Source: Actinomycetes bacterium (GTDB taxonomy: Bacteria > Actinomycetota > Acidimicrobiia > Acidimicrobiales > Ilumatobacteraceae). Taken from it: DNA of 64,000 nucleotides. The notes under the pieces were generated by a model. That model made no database searches and had not been told where the DNA came from. It was given only the letters and a program-made list of their open reading frames with translations. The stretch covers positions 656 to 64,655 of the forward strand of contig JANPKU010000021.1 in the NCBI GenBank assembly GCA_031426215.1, written 5' to 3'. The first letter of the stretch is position 1. Each line of letters starts with the position of its first letter. The translations under genes and the position numbers were made by a program. Positions 26,724-36,197 of this stretch are shown piece after piece.

Positions 26724-29192
26724 TCAGCGGTGGCGACGACGGGCTCCACCGCTGCGACGACCACCGTCGTCAGCAGCCGGGCGCTCCGACTTCGGGCCGA
26801 GGTCACCGAGTTCGTCGGCGAGCTGGGCGTCGAAGCTGTCTTCGAAGCTGACCTCGACGACATCGGTGGCTGCCCCGGCCGGGGCCGACTCCTCACGAGG
26901 TGCCCGCTCCTCACGAGGTGAACGGTCACGTCGCGGTGCACGATCGCGATCGCCGCCACCGTTCGACGACGATGACTCGGCGGCGCCTTCCTTCGCGGGC
27001 GGCGGATCGCCGGCCAGCATCAGGCTGACCTTGCCCTTGTCGTCGATCTCCTCGACGCGGACTTCGATCTCCTGGCCCAGCTCCAACACGTCTTCGACAG
27101 CGTTGATGCGCTTGCCGCCACCGAGCTTGGAGATGTGAATGAGACCATCACGGCCCGGCAGGATGTTGACGAACGCACCGAACTTGGTGATGTTGACGAC
27201 GCGGCCCATGTAGACCTTGTCGAGTTCGGCCTTCGGCGGGTCGACGATCGCGAGGATCGCAGCCTTCGCCTCTTCCATCCTCCACGCCTCGACGGCGCCG
27301 ATGGTGACGATGCCGCGGGCACCGTCGTCGTCGACACCGATGTCGGCACCCGTCTCCTGCTGGATGGTGTTGATGACCTTGCCCTTCGGGCCGATGACTT
27401 CACCGACCTTGTCGAGCGGGATGTAGATCGTCGAGATCTTCGGCGCGGTCTCGGCCACCTCGTCACGCGACTGCGAGATGCAGGCGTTCATGACCTCGAG
27501 GATCTCGAGACGGGCAACGCGAGCCTGGGCCAGCGCGGCGGTCAGCACATCGGCGGGAATCCCGTCGATCTTCGTGTCGAGCTGCAACGCCGTGATGGCG
27601 TCCTCGGTGCCGGCGACCTTGAAGTCCATGTCGCCGAAGGCGTCCTCGGAGCCGAGGATGTCGGTCAGCGTGATGTATTTGCCGTCTTCGTAGATGAGGC
27701 CCATGGCGATACCGGACACGTGGCCACGACTCGGAACACCGGCATCCATCAGCGACAGGCTGGATGCGCACACCGAACCCATCGAGGTGGAGCCGTTGGA
27801 CGACATGACCTCGGAGACGAGACGCAACGTGTACGCGAAGTCTTCCTGGTTCGGGATGACGGGAAGGACTGCACGGGCGGCGAGCGCACCGTGGCCGATC
27901 TCGCGGCGCTTCGGCGAACCGACGCGGCCGGTCTCGCCATTCGCCCACGGCGGCATGTTGTAGTGGTGCAGATAGCGCTTGGTGTCGTTCGGCGACAGCG
28001 AGTCGATCATCTGGTTCATGCGGGGCATGGCCATGGTGAGCACGCTCATCACCTGGGTCTCGCCACGCTGGAACAGCGCCGAGCCGTGTGCGGTCGGCAG
28101 GACGCCGACTTCAGCGGAGATCGGACGCAGATCGGCGACGCCACGGCCGTCCATGCGGACGCCTTCTTCGACGACGCGCTTGCGCATCAGCTTCTTGTTG
28201 AGCGAACGAACGGCTTCTTTGACCATGCCGTTCTGGCCGGCGAACTCGCCCGGCTCGTCCTTGGTGCCGCACAGCTCGGCGAGGATCTCGGTAGTGACGG
28301 TGTCGGTCGCTGCGTTGCGCTCGGACTTGTCGGCGATCGTGATGACCGGTGCGAGCTTGTCGGTGCCGGCCTTCTCGACGGCGGCGAAGATCTCCGGCGT
28401 GTAGTCGAGGACTGGCGTCCACTTCATCGGCGTGATCGGGCCATCGGTGGCGATCACCGACGCAACGAGCTGGCGCTGTAGTGCGATCGATTCCTTGATC
28501 CACACCTTGCAGGCGTCGAGGCCGTCGGCGAGGACGTCCTCGGTGACCTTCTTGGCCCCGTCGTCGTAGTAGTAGAACGCGTTCTCGGAACCGCCGGCCT
28601 CGACCATCATCACGGCGACATCGCCGTTGTCGAGTTCACGGCCGGCCACGACCAGCTCGAAGGTGCCGGCGTCGGCCTCTTCGTAGGTCGGGTGGGCGAT
28701 CCACTCACCGTCGACGCTGAACGCCATACGCACCGCTCCGATCGGGCCCTCGAAGGGGATGCCCGAGATCATCAGCGCGGCAGACGCGGCGTTGATCGAC
28801 AGGACGTCGTGCTGGTTGTGCTGGTCGGCGCCGAGCACGGTGGTGACGATCTGGGTCTCGTTACGGAAACCATCGGGGAACGACGGGCGCAGCGGACGGT
28901 CGGTGAGGCGACAGGTGAGGATTGCGTCGTCGCTCGGACGGCCTTCACGGCGGAAGAACGAGCCGGGGATCTTGCCGGCGGCATACGCCCGCTCCTCGAC
29001 GTCGACCGTCAACGGGAAGAAGTCCATGCCTTCACGCACGCTCTTGGCGGCGTTGGCGGTGGTGAGGACCTTCGTACCACCGATCGATGCCACGACGGCA
29101 CCCATCGACTGGGGGGCGAGTTTGCCTGTTTCGAAGGTCAGGGTCTTGTCGGTTCCGGATACGAGTCCGGACACGATGATGGGGTCAGCCAC
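26724..29192 (-). CDS. pnp: Polyribonucleotide nucleotidyltransferase (PNPase) with a C-terminal extension of about 93 aa
   Basis: GTG 29192 lies 5 nt after GAAAGGAG. Two RNase PH domains, KH and S1 (GRVVNITKFGAFVNILPGRDGLIHISK), then an R/E/D-rich tail. Confidence 0.95.
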   Translation of the reverse strand: MADPIIVSGLVSGTDKTLTFETGKLAPQSMGAVVASIGGTKVLTTANAAKSVREGMDFFPLTVDVEERAYAAGKIPGSFFRREGRPSDDAILTCRLTDRPLRPSFPDGFRNETQIVTTVLGADQHNQHDVLSINAASAALMISGIPFEGPIGAVRMAFSVDGEWIAHPTYEEADAGTFELVVAGRELDNGDVAVMMVEAGGSENAFYYYDDGAKKVTEDVLADGLDACKVWIKESIALQRQLVASVIATDGPITPMKWTPVLDYTPEIFAAVEKAGTDKLAPVITIADKSERNAATDTVTTEILAELCGTKDEPGEFAGQNGMVKEAVRSLNKKLMRKRVVEEGVRMDGRGVADLRPISAEVGVLPTAHGSALFQRGETQVMSVLTMAMPRMNQMIDSLSPNDTKRYLHHYNMPPWANGETGRVGSPKRREIGHGALAARAVLPVIPNQEDFAYTLRLVSEVMSSNGSTSMGSVCASSLSLMDAGVPSRGHVSGIAMGLIYEDGKYITLTDILGSEDAFGDMDFKVAGTEDAITALQLDTKIDGIPADVLTAALAQARVARLEILEVMNACISQSRDEVAETAPKISTIYIPLDKVGEVIGPKGKVINTIQQETGADIGVDDDGARGIVTIGAVEAWRMEEAKAAILAIVDPPKAELDKVYMGRVVNITKFGAFVNILPGRDGLIHISKLGGGKRINAVEDVLELGQEIEVRVEEIDDKGKVSLMLAGDPPPAKEGAAESSSSNGGGDRDRAPRRDRSPREERAPREESAPAGAATDVVEVSFEDSFDAQLADELGDLGPKSERPAADDGGRRSGGARRRHR

Positions 29193-29477
29193 AAGGGCTC
29201 CTTTCGTGTGCACTCCCGCTTGGAAGTGCGCCTCTTGGAGCGACGGGCCGGTTCCCAGTTGGTCAACCCGACCTGGCCAACGTCTCGGACTGAGCGACGG
29301 CGGGTTCGGATTCAGCAACCGGCAACCGACAACGGTTCGCTCGAATTGCGACGCCGGACGTTCCGGCAGTCGTGGCTGAGGCTACCGTGAATCGCAAGCG
29401 AAGTGGTGCCCAAGCGGCCCACCGGGCCTGCTCGGAACCTGCGGATTCCCCGAAAGCGGTTCCGGGGAACCGGGCGA

Positions 29478-29756
29478 TCAGCGGCGCAGACCTTGGGCGG
29501 CGATGATTTCGCGATACCGCTCGACGTTGATCTTCTTGACGTAGTCGAGCATGCGGCGGCGGCGTCCGACCAGCATCAGCAGACCACGGCGGCTGTGGTG
29601 GTCCTTCTTGTGGGTCTTGAGGTGTTCGGTGAGGTGGGTGATGCGCTCGGTGAGCAGCGCAATCTGTACCTCGGGTGAACCGGTGTCGGTTTCGTGCGTG
29701 CGGAACTTCTCGATCGTCGCCGTGGTGTTCGGCGTGGTGTCGGAAATGTCGGCCAT
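29478..29756 (-). CDS. rpsO: 30S ribosomal protein S15
   Basis: 92 aa. [39 protein letters not shown] is typical of S15. Confidence 0.95.
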   Translation of the reverse strand: MADISDTTPNTTATIEKFRTHETDTGSPEVQIALLTERITHLTEHLKTHKKDHHSRRGLLMLVGRRRRMLDYVKKINVERYREIIAAQGLRR

Positions 29757-29890
29757 GATGTGTCGCCTTCTTCGTCGGAGGTCGCATCGCCGGCCGGATG
29801 GCCAGCGGGTGCATCACATCCGCGCCGGAGATCCCAGCCCGAACGGACCTGGCAATGCTATGGCCACGACCGTCCGTCCACAACGGGGGA

Positions 29891-30832
29891 TCAGCTGAGG
29901 AGTTCGCGGGCGCTGGAAACGTCGTGTCCGAGCTGCGCGATGAGTGCGTCGACGCCATCGAACTTGCGCTCGCTGCGTAAGAAGTGTTCGAAGCGAACGC
30001 GAGCGATCTCGCCGTAGAGATCGACGTCGACGTCGAGCAGGTGCGCCTCGAGCAACGATGCATCGGCATGCTCGTAGAACGTCGGACGACGACCCAGGTT
30101 GATTGCGCACCCGCGCACGTCACCGTTGGGGCGCTCGTAGAAGCCGGCATAGACCCCGTCAGCCGGAAGACACATCCCTGACGGCACGGCGACGTTCGCC
30201 GTGGGAAAGCCGAGCAGTCGTCCACGTTGGTCGCCGGTGAACACCTTGCCGCTCACCTCGTACGGGCGACCGAGCATCGAGTTGGCGCGCTCGATGTCGC
30301 CGCCGGCGAGCGCACGACGGATCGCGGTGCTGCTGATCGGCTCGTCGATTCCGTCGAGACGCTGGACGAGTTGCACCGGCTCGACGTCGAAGTCGGCGTC
30401 CACACCGACCTTGCGGAGAAGATCCACGTTGCCGTCACGATGCCGACCGAAGTGGAAGTCCTCGCCGACCACGATCACCCGAGTCTTCAGACACTTCACG
30501 AGCACTCGGTCGACGAACGACTCGGGGCTCTCCGCTGCCTGTTCGATGTCGAACGGCACGACGACGACGGCATCGATGCCCGTCGCGGCGAGAAGTTCCA
30601 TCTTCTGCGGGGAGCTCGTCAGCAGACGGGGGGCCGACTCGGGCCGCACCACGCTCGCAGGGTGTCGATCGAAGGTGACCACGACAGACTGCGCTCCGAT
30701 TTCGCCGGCGCGACGACGAACCTGGTCGATCACGGCGCGATGGCCGAGGTGGACACCGTCGTAGGCGCCGATCGTGATCACCGCACGCTCGTCCGCCCAA
30801 GGGCAGTGCTGAAGGTCGGTCACGACGAGCAC
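29891..30832 (-). CDS. ribF: Bifunctional riboflavin kinase / FMN adenylyltransferase
   Basis: 313 aa. GAYDGVHLGH adenylyltransferase motif and a C-terminal kinase domain (GFPTANV, YG..ARV.F...LR.E.KF). Confidence 0.95.
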   Translation of the reverse strand: MLVVTDLQHCPWADERAVITIGAYDGVHLGHRAVIDQVRRRAGEIGAQSVVVTFDRHPASVVRPESAPRLLTSSPQKMELLAATGIDAVVVVPFDIEQAAESPESFVDRVLVKCLKTRVIVVGEDFHFGRHRDGNVDLLRKVGVDADFDVEPVQLVQRLDGIDEPISSTAIRRALAGGDIERANSMLGRPYEVSGKVFTGDQRGRLLGFPTANVAVPSGMCLPADGVYAGFYERPNGDVRGCAINLGRRPTFYEHADASLLEAHLLDVDVDLYGEIARVRFEHFLRSERKFDGVDALIAQLGHDVSSARELLS

Positions 30833-30871
30833 GTTCGCAACGCTATCGGCCCCCGATGGGTCCTTTCGTGC

Positions 30872-31738
30872 TCAGCGGGGAAGCACGACGGCCGGCTTGG
30901 CCTGTCCGCGGAACTCCTCGTACACGGCGAGCAACTCGCCCGATTCGTCGGACACCGCCCACGGTCCGGTGCCTTCCCACGCGTCGAGCACTCGGCCATT
31001 GGCGATCAGCGCGGCAACGCCGGCGTCGACGGTGACCGCCGGGAGCGACCGCACCGCACTCGCCACCGGGAGCAACTCGCACTCGTCGGGTGAGCCGGCC
31101 TCGTCGAGCGTGAACGCACCGACGTGCGTACGGCGCAGGTTGCGCAGGTGCGCTCCCCCGCCCAGCAGACGACCGAGATCGTCGGCGAGTGTGCGGATGT
31201 AGGTGCCGGCGGAACACTCGACCTCGATCGCCAACACCCCCGGCTCGGCCCAGCCGGTGACGTCGAAGCGATGAATCGTGACCGCGCGTGGAGCCCGTTC
31301 GATCTCGATGCCCTCTCGGGCGAGTTCGTGCAGCCGCCTGCCGTCGACTCTGATCGCCGACACCATCGGCGGCACCTGCTCGATGTCACCCACGAGTTGT
31401 TCGTCGACCACACGACGTGCCTCGTCGATCGTGACCGCCGACATGTCGAAGGTGGCGAGGACCTCCCCCGCCGAGTCGAGTGTGGAGGTCCGCGCTCCGA
31501 GGACCACTTCGCCCGCGTAGCCCTTGCGGGTCTTCTCGACGAAGCGCAGCAGCCGGGTGGCCTTTCCGACCGCGACCACCAGCACGCCGGTGGCGTCGGG
31601 GTCGAGTGTGCCGGCGTGCCCGATTTGGCGCTCACCGAAGCGACGCCGCAGCATGGCAACGACATCGTGGCTGGTGACCCCCGCAGGCTTGTCGACGATG
31701 GCGATTCCGTGGATGGTCGCAGGCTTGCGACGTGCCAT
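30872..31738 (-). CDS. truB: tRNA pseudouridine(55) synthase
   Basis: 288 aa. HGIAIVDKPAGVTSHDVV and the catalytic GHAGTLDPDATGVL motif. Start overlaps the rbfA stop by 1 nt (TGATG). Confidence 0.95.
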   Translation of the reverse strand: MARRKPATIHGIAIVDKPAGVTSHDVVAMLRRRFGERQIGHAGTLDPDATGVLVVAVGKATRLLRFVEKTRKGYAGEVVLGARTSTLDSAGEVLATFDMSAVTIDEARRVVDEQLVGDIEQVPPMVSAIRVDGRRLHELAREGIEIERAPRAVTIHRFDVTGWAEPGVLAIEVECSAGTYIRTLADDLGRLLGGGAHLRNLRRTHVGAFTLDEAGSPDECELLPVASAVRSLPAVTVDAGVAALIANGRVLDAWEGTGPWAVSDESGELLAVYEEFRGQAKPAVVLPR

Positions 31739-32169
31739 CAGCTCTCGGACGTCTCCGGAGCGTCCGAAACGACAGGCGCAGACGACTCGCGTTCCAGACG
31801 CGCCTGATCCGACTTCAAGATCTCGTCGATACGCGCCGCCGACCGGATGACCATGTCGGGACGGAAGTCGAGAATCGGGGTCTTCTTCGCCCGGATCTGT
31901 CGTGCGATCGACGCCTGCAGCCGGATGCGATGGTCGGCGAACGCTTCGAGAATCTCCGCATCGCCGTCCTCGTCGGCAAGCGAATCGAAGAACACGATTG
32001 CACGGTTCAGTTCGGGGTCGACGTCGATGCCGGTGACGGTCACGAACGTGAGTCGTTCGTCATCGATGCGCACCAGTTCGTCGGCGATGATCTCCTGCAG
32101 TGTCGTGCTCACCCGCGCGCTGCGCGAGTACTTCGGGGTGTTGGTGCGGCTGCTTCGCTTGCCTGCCAT
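31738..32169 (-). CDS. rbfA: Ribosome-binding factor A
   Basis: 143 aa. R...LQEIIADEL.RIDD.RL.FVTVTGIDV..DL..A.VFF matches the RbfA pattern. Confidence 0.9.
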   Translation of the reverse strand: MAGKRSSRTNTPKYSRSARVSTTLQEIIADELVRIDDERLTFVTVTGIDVDPELNRAIVFFDSLADEDGDAEILEAFADHRIRLQASIARQIRAKKTPILDFRPDMVIRSAARIDEILKSDQARLERESSAPVVSDAPETSES

Positions 32170-32183
32170 GGGGGGCTCCTCGC

Positions 32184-32828
32184 TCAGGTGAAGTCGGGGG
32201 CGACCCGGTTGGATCGCTTGAGTTCGGCCATGCCGGACATGGTGGCCAGCTTCTCGATGGCGTCCCAGAGTTCGACCGCCTCGACGCCACGCGGCGCCTT
32301 GGAGATCACCGGGCCGAAGAAACTCGCCTCGTTCCCGGCGCCGGGATGGAACGTGAGGATCGGCGTGCCGACATCCTTGCCCGTTCGGCTCAGCGCCAAC
32401 TCGGTGTCGGCACGGATGTACGCATCGTGCGACTCGTCATCGGCGGCGTCGAGACACCCGGCGTCGAATCCATTGGCCGACAACAGACCGCCGTACCACC
32501 CGAGACCGTCGCTGCGAGCCGCTTCGCGCTGCGCATCAGCGTGCAACGCGGTGCCGACCGCTGTGTACCAACGACCGACGGCCGATGGGTCGTCGTCGCC
32601 GAGCCGAATGGCGTCGGCGATGCGAAGTCCCTGCTGGCCGAGGTAGTGACCTGCGCGGTATTGCGGCGTGTACCACTCCTGGGTGTTGTTCTCGTTGAGG
32701 ATCCACAACGAGATGAACCGCCAGTCGACCTCGTAGTCACGCTGCTCGCTGACATTGGTGACCCACCTCGAGGTGATCCACGCCCACGGACAGACAGGAT
32801 CAAAGAAGAAGTCCAGATCGGCGGCCAC
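32184..32828 (-). CDS. DsbA-family thioredoxin-fold protein, Rv2466c/mycoredoxin-2-like, with CPWA instead of CPWC
   Basis: 214 aa. FFFDPVCPWAWITSRWV...GTPILTF...FFGPVISKAPRGVEAVELWD matches my recollection of M. tuberculosis Rv2466c along its length. Confidence 0.75.
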   Translation of the reverse strand: MAADLDFFFDPVCPWAWITSRWVTNVSEQRDYEVDWRFISLWILNENNTQEWYTPQYRAGHYLGQQGLRIADAIRLGDDDPSAVGRWYTAVGTALHADAQREAARSDGLGWYGGLLSANGFDAGCLDAADDESHDAYIRADTELALSRTGKDVGTPILTFHPGAGNEASFFGPVISKAPRGVEAVELWDAIEKLATMSGMAELKRSNRVAPDFT

Positions 32829-32863
32829 CTGTGCAACCTACCGGGACGAACCCGGCGGGCCGA

Positions 32864-35830
32864 TCACGTACGAGCGATCTCGACGTCCTGGAAGGTCTCG
32901 ATGAGGTCACCCGGCTTGAGGTCCTGGAAGTCCGACAGACCGATGCCGCACTCGAAGCCCTCACGGACCTCGCGAGCATCGTCCTTGAACCGTCGCAGCG
33001 ACGCGATGTCGCCCTTCCAGATGATGGTGCCGTCACGAAGGAAACGAACCTTGGAACCACGGGTGATGACGCCCGATCGGACGTAACAACCGGCGATCGC
33101 GCCCTGCTTGGGCACCCGGAAGATCTCGCGGACCTCGGCTTCGCCCGTCACCTGCTCCTCGAACTCGGGCTCGAGCATGCCGATGACGGCCTGCTCGATG
33201 TCCTCGAGGAGCTTGTAGATGATCTCGTAGGTGCGGATCTCCACTTCTTCCTGCTCGGCGAGTTTGCGGGCCTTGCCGTCGGGACGCACGTTGAAGCCGA
33301 TGATCGTGGCATTGGTGGCGTTGGCCAGCGTGATGTCGTTCTCGGTGATCCCGCCCACCGCACGATGCACGAAGCTGACGTTGACCTCGTCGCGCTCGAG
33401 ACGCCGCAGCGAATCGGTGACCGCTTCGAGCGAACCTTGCACGTCAGCCTTGAGGATGAGGTTGACCGAGGCCTTCTCCCCCGACTGGATCTGAGCGAAG
33501 ATGTCTTCGAGGCGGGTACCGGTCTTGACTCGGGCGTCCTCTCGCAGATGCTTCGCCTTGAGCCGCAGCTCTCGTGCCTCGGCAACTGTCCGGGCGATCT
33601 TCTCGTCGGGGGCGGCGCGGAATTCGTCGCCGGCTTCGGGAACGAGCGACAGACCCAACACCTGAACCGGCATCGACGGACCGGCGACCTTGACCTGCTC
33701 GCCCTTGTCGTTGATCATTGCGCGCACCTTGCCCCAGGCGGCACCGGCGACGATCGGATCGCCCACCTTCAACTCGCCCTTGTCGACAAGCACGGTGGCA
33801 ACAGGTCCACGACCCTTGTCGAGCTGCGCTTCGATCACGATGCCCTTGGCGCGCCCGGTCGGGTTCGCGGTGAGCTCTTCGAGTTCGGCGACGACCTGCA
33901 ACTGTTCGATGAGGTCGTCGACACCGAGGCCCTTGAGTGCGGACATCTCGACGACGATCGTGTCGCCGCCCCACGACTCGGGCACGAGCTCGTACTCGGC
34001 GAGCTGCGTGAGCACCCGCTGAGGATCGGCGTTTGCCTTGTCGATCTTGTTGACCGCCACCACGATCGGAACGTCGGCCGCCCGAGCATGATTGATGGCC
34101 TCGATCGTCTGGGGCATGATGCCGTCGTCGGCAGCAACCATCAGCACCACGATGTCGGTCGCATCGGCACCGCGGGCGCGCATCTGCGTGAACGCAGCGT
34201 GGCCTGGTGTGTCGAGGAACGTGACCGAACCGTGCTCGTTCTGGACCTGATAGGCACCGATGTGCTGGGTGATGCCACCGGCCTCACCATCGACGACGTT
34301 GGCGCCACGGATGTGATCGAGCAGCGTGGTCTTGCCGTGGTCGACGTGACCCATCACGGTGATCACCGGCGGTCGCGGCTGCTGCAGCTCGAAGTCGTCG
34401 GAGTCGTCGAACAACTTCTGCAGTTCGACTTCTTCCTGCTGGCCCGGCTCGACCAGGAGGATCTCGGCGTTGACCTCGAGTGCGAACAACTCCATCTGCT
34501 CGTCCGCGAGCGTCATGGTCGCCGTGACCATCTCACCGTTGTTGAGCAGGAAGCGCACGACGTCCGCCGGGGTGCGATTCAGCTTGGGAGCGAACTCCTG
34601 CGCCGACACACCGCGCTCGACGATGACGACGCCCTCGGGGACGGGAGCATCGGATGACGTGTACGCAGTGAACTGCGGCTGGAGGTCGTCCTGGTCGCGA
34701 CGACGACGACGACGACCGGTACGACGCGGCGGGCGCCGCTGACCGCTCGGGCGATTTCCACCAGGACGGCCGGGACCGCCGCCACCGGGACCGCCACCAC
34801 CAGGTCCGCCACCGGGACCACCCGGACGACCACCAGGAGCACCGGCTCCGCCGCCGGGACGCGGGGTGAACCCACCCGGGCGCGGGCGCGCACCGCCGGG
34901 GCCACCACCAGGACGTGCGCCTGCAGGGCGCGCCGATCCGGGAGGAGGCGGGATGACTTTTCCACTCGGCGACAACGGGCGTCCCGGAGGCGGTGGGATC
35001 GACTTGCCACTCGGTGACAACGTGCGCTCGGACGGGGCTCCCTCGGGAGGTGTCGGACGACGGCCTTCCGCCGGAGCCGCGACGTGCTCGGGCGGACGAC
35101 CACCAGCGGTCGGCCGACCGCTCGAGATCACGCGCGACGCATCGGAGTGCTCTGCGGCTGCGGGGGGAGCCGACGGTGACTCGGAGGCCTGCTCGACCGG
35201 TGCCGTCGGCACGGATTCGACAGGCGCGCTCGGTGGCGCTGATGACTCGACCGGAGGTGCGGTCTCGACCGGAGCAGCGGGCTCTGGCACCGACTCCGCT
35301 GCAGGCGAAGCGGCCTCGACTGCGCTGACGGCTGCCGGCTCGACACGGGTCTCGGTGACCGGTTCAGGAACAACGGTCTCGACCGGGGAAGTCTCGGCCA
35401 CCGGCGACACCGTTGGAGGCGTCTCGGTCGCAGCATCGACGACGGCAGGCGCCGGAGCGACTTCAGCGGCGGCTTCGGCAGCCACTGGCTGGTCGACGAC
35501 CTCGGCGACCGGCTCGACGTCGGGCTTCGCGGCGACCGCCTTCTTCGTCGTCTTCGGCTTCTCGTCGGGCGCGTCAGCAGCTGGCTGCTTCGCCGCCGCT
35601 GCCGCCTTGGCAGGCGCCTTCTTGGCAGGCTTCGCCTCTTCTGGCTGGTCGGCTCGGGTCAACCCGTCACGCTCGGCGCGACGGGTCACCATGTCGGCAT
35701 ACGCCTCGGCGAGCGAGGACGACGGGCCCTTGGCGGCGACGCCGAGCCGACTGCAGAGGTCGAGGACCTCGGCGTTTGTCATCCCGAGCTCTTTCGCGAG
35801 CTCGTGGATCCTGATCTTCTTCGCTGCCAC
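32864..35830 (-). CDS. infB: Translation initiation factor IF-2
   Basis: 988 aa, GTG start. Long A/P/E/G-rich N-terminal region, then the G domain ([23 protein letters not shown]) and C-terminal domains. Confidence 0.95.
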   Translation of the reverse strand: MAAKKIRIHELAKELGMTNAEVLDLCSRLGVAAKGPSSSLAEAYADMVTRRAERDGLTRADQPEEAKPAKKAPAKAAAAAKQPAADAPDEKPKTTKKAVAAKPDVEPVAEVVDQPVAAEAAAEVAPAPAVVDAATETPPTVSPVAETSPVETVVPEPVTETRVEPAAVSAVEAASPAAESVPEPAAPVETAPPVESSAPPSAPVESVPTAPVEQASESPSAPPAAAEHSDASRVISSGRPTAGGRPPEHVAAPAEGRRPTPPEGAPSERTLSPSGKSIPPPPGRPLSPSGKVIPPPPGSARPAGARPGGGPGGARPRPGGFTPRPGGGAGAPGGRPGGPGGGPGGGGPGGGGPGRPGGNRPSGQRRPPRRTGRRRRRRDQDDLQPQFTAYTSSDAPVPEGVVIVERGVSAQEFAPKLNRTPADVVRFLLNNGEMVTATMTLADEQMELFALEVNAEILLVEPGQQEEVELQKLFDDSDDFELQQPRPPVITVMGHVDHGKTTLLDHIRGANVVDGEAGGITQHIGAYQVQNEHGSVTFLDTPGHAAFTQMRARGADATDIVVLMVAADDGIMPQTIEAINHARAADVPIVVAVNKIDKANADPQRVLTQLAEYELVPESWGGDTIVVEMSALKGLGVDDLIEQLQVVAELEELTANPTGRAKGIVIEAQLDKGRGPVATVLVDKGELKVGDPIVAGAAWGKVRAMINDKGEQVKVAGPSMPVQVLGLSLVPEAGDEFRAAPDEKIARTVAEARELRLKAKHLREDARVKTGTRLEDIFAQIQSGEKASVNLILKADVQGSLEAVTDSLRRLERDEVNVSFVHRAVGGITENDITLANATNATIIGFNVRPDGKARKLAEQEEVEIRTYEIIYKLLEDIEQAVIGMLEPEFEEQVTGEAEVREIFRVPKQGAIAGCYVRSGVITRGSKVRFLRDGTIIWKGDIASLRRFKDDAREVREGFECGIGLSDFQDLKPGDLIETFQDVEIART

Positions 35831-35879
35831 GTTGTCGATTCAACCTTTCACAGTCGTCTTTGCCTCGCGGATGCTGGAA

Positions 35880-36197
35880 TCAATGCGCATCCGGGTATTC
35901 GTCACCGTCGACCCGTCGGCCGACACATTCTCTGATCGCCTGCTCGTCCACGACGCCGACCTCACGCTTCCACGCTCGGGCGAACGCTCGACGTGACACC
36001 GCCGCGTCGAGACATCCCGCAACGACCAGATCATCGCCGAGCAACCCTCGGCACAGCCATGCCCCACGTCCGCGGCTCGCTCCATCGGCCACGACACCGG
36101 TCTCCGACCACGTGAAACGCACGAGATCGGACTGCGGACGTCGCTGCCGACAGCCAATGCAGCTGCGAACGGGTTCGAGGCCGTCAGCAACACTCAG
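35880..36197 (-). CDS. ylxR: YlxR/DUF448-family RNA-binding protein (start codon uncertain)
   Basis: The frame contains the YlxR hallmarks RSCIGCRQRRPQSDLVRF and GRGAWLC. The first canonical start (GTG 36122) lies after the Cys motif. The only start-like codon upstream is a CTG overlapping the nusA stop (CTGA). Confidence 0.65.
   Translation of the reverse strand: MSVADGLEPVRSCIGCRQRRPQSDLVRFTWSETGVVADGASRGRGAWLCRGLLGDDLVVAGCLDAAVSRRAFARAWKREVGVVDEQAIRECVGRRVDGDEYPDAH

Noticed and set aside
29193-29477. The 285-nt rpsO-pnp spacer as a novel structured RNA
   Set aside because: It has several GC-rich stems (for example gccgga cgt tccggc, and ttccccg..cggggaa just after rpsO). A structured pnp leader plus rpsO terminator is the expected arrangement. 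I could not define anything beyond that by eye.
34690-35110. Repetitive GGN/CCN-rich DNA in infB, considered as a tandem repeat or array
   Set aside because: It is in-frame coding for the G/P/R-rich linker of IF-2. There is no regular period and no spacer structure.
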